Shown piece by piece: positions 63,663 to 64,000 of a stretch of DNA of 64,000 nucleotides (positions are counted from its first letter, which is position 1; the number at the start of each line of letters is the position of its first letter). Source of the stretch: Utricularia gibba. Lineage: Eukaryota; Plantae; Magnoliophyta. Made by a program: the position numbers and the translations under genes. The stretch spans positions 1 through 64,000 of the forward strand of contig NEEC01000013.1 in assembly GCA_002189035.1 (NCBI GenBank). Reading direction: 5' to 3'. Below the pieces are notes generated by a model that did no database searches, was not told the DNA's origin, and saw nothing but the letters and a program-made list of their open reading frames with translations.

Positions 63663-64000
63663 TGATGAGCCCCCGAAAGATAATGAAGAGTATTTAAAAA
63701 ATAATGAAGATGTTGCGCAAGTGAACACATTGGATAGTAAGATCATTCCACTAGAACCAATGAAAAGAAGTAAGAGCAAGATGATTGAGAAGCTACACTC
63801 AAGGCTCTACTCAATACTATTGGAATAAACATTGGACTTAAAGTCTTATCATCAAAAGAGTTCAACTACTGGAGTCTAAATCTACCTTAGAGCCCAAAAC
63901 ATCTCCTCATCTGTTATGTGTGTTATTGGACTTGTTAGGTTTTCCTTTTTATTTAGTTTGGGTTTTGTAATGTTAGAGCCCAATTCTAGAGTATAAATAC
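63663..64000 (+). mobile_element. Start of another CRM-1/2-family LTR, cut by the window end
   Basis: TGATGAGCCCCCGAAAGATAATGAAG... colinear with 32921-33226; ends in TCTAGAGTATAAATAC. Not preceded by a PPT, so a 5' or solo LTR. Confidence 0.88.

Overview
Plant genomic DNA, most likely (peri)centromeric heterochromatin; no host protein-coding, rRNA, tRNA or CRISPR feature was found. Bases 1-26,789 are a highly homogeneous head-to-tail array of about 19.6 copies of a ~1.37-kb monomer; all ORF-track hits there are shadow ORFs of the repeat. Bases 26.8-64 kb are nested LTR retrotransposons. A minus-strand Ty1/copia remnant is split by an Angela-lineage copia, which itself carries a solo LTR (TSD AGCAT) and a young CRM-clade centromeric Ty3/gypsy (604-bp LTRs, TSD TTTAA, integrase running into the 3' LTR with a CR-type motif). 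Further right are two older CRM elements inserted into diverged satellite monomers, more Angela LTRs, an Athila-like LTR, Tekay-like fragments and another CRM LTR at the window end. The most interesting signal is that diverged relatives of the satellite monomer survive between the elements in three sizes (~1.76, ~1.48 and ~1.37 kb) related by nested deletions, an apparent record of how this long-monomer satellite arose. Coordinates and mismatch counts were read by eye and may be off by a few bases; lineage names rest on motif recognition, not database searches.
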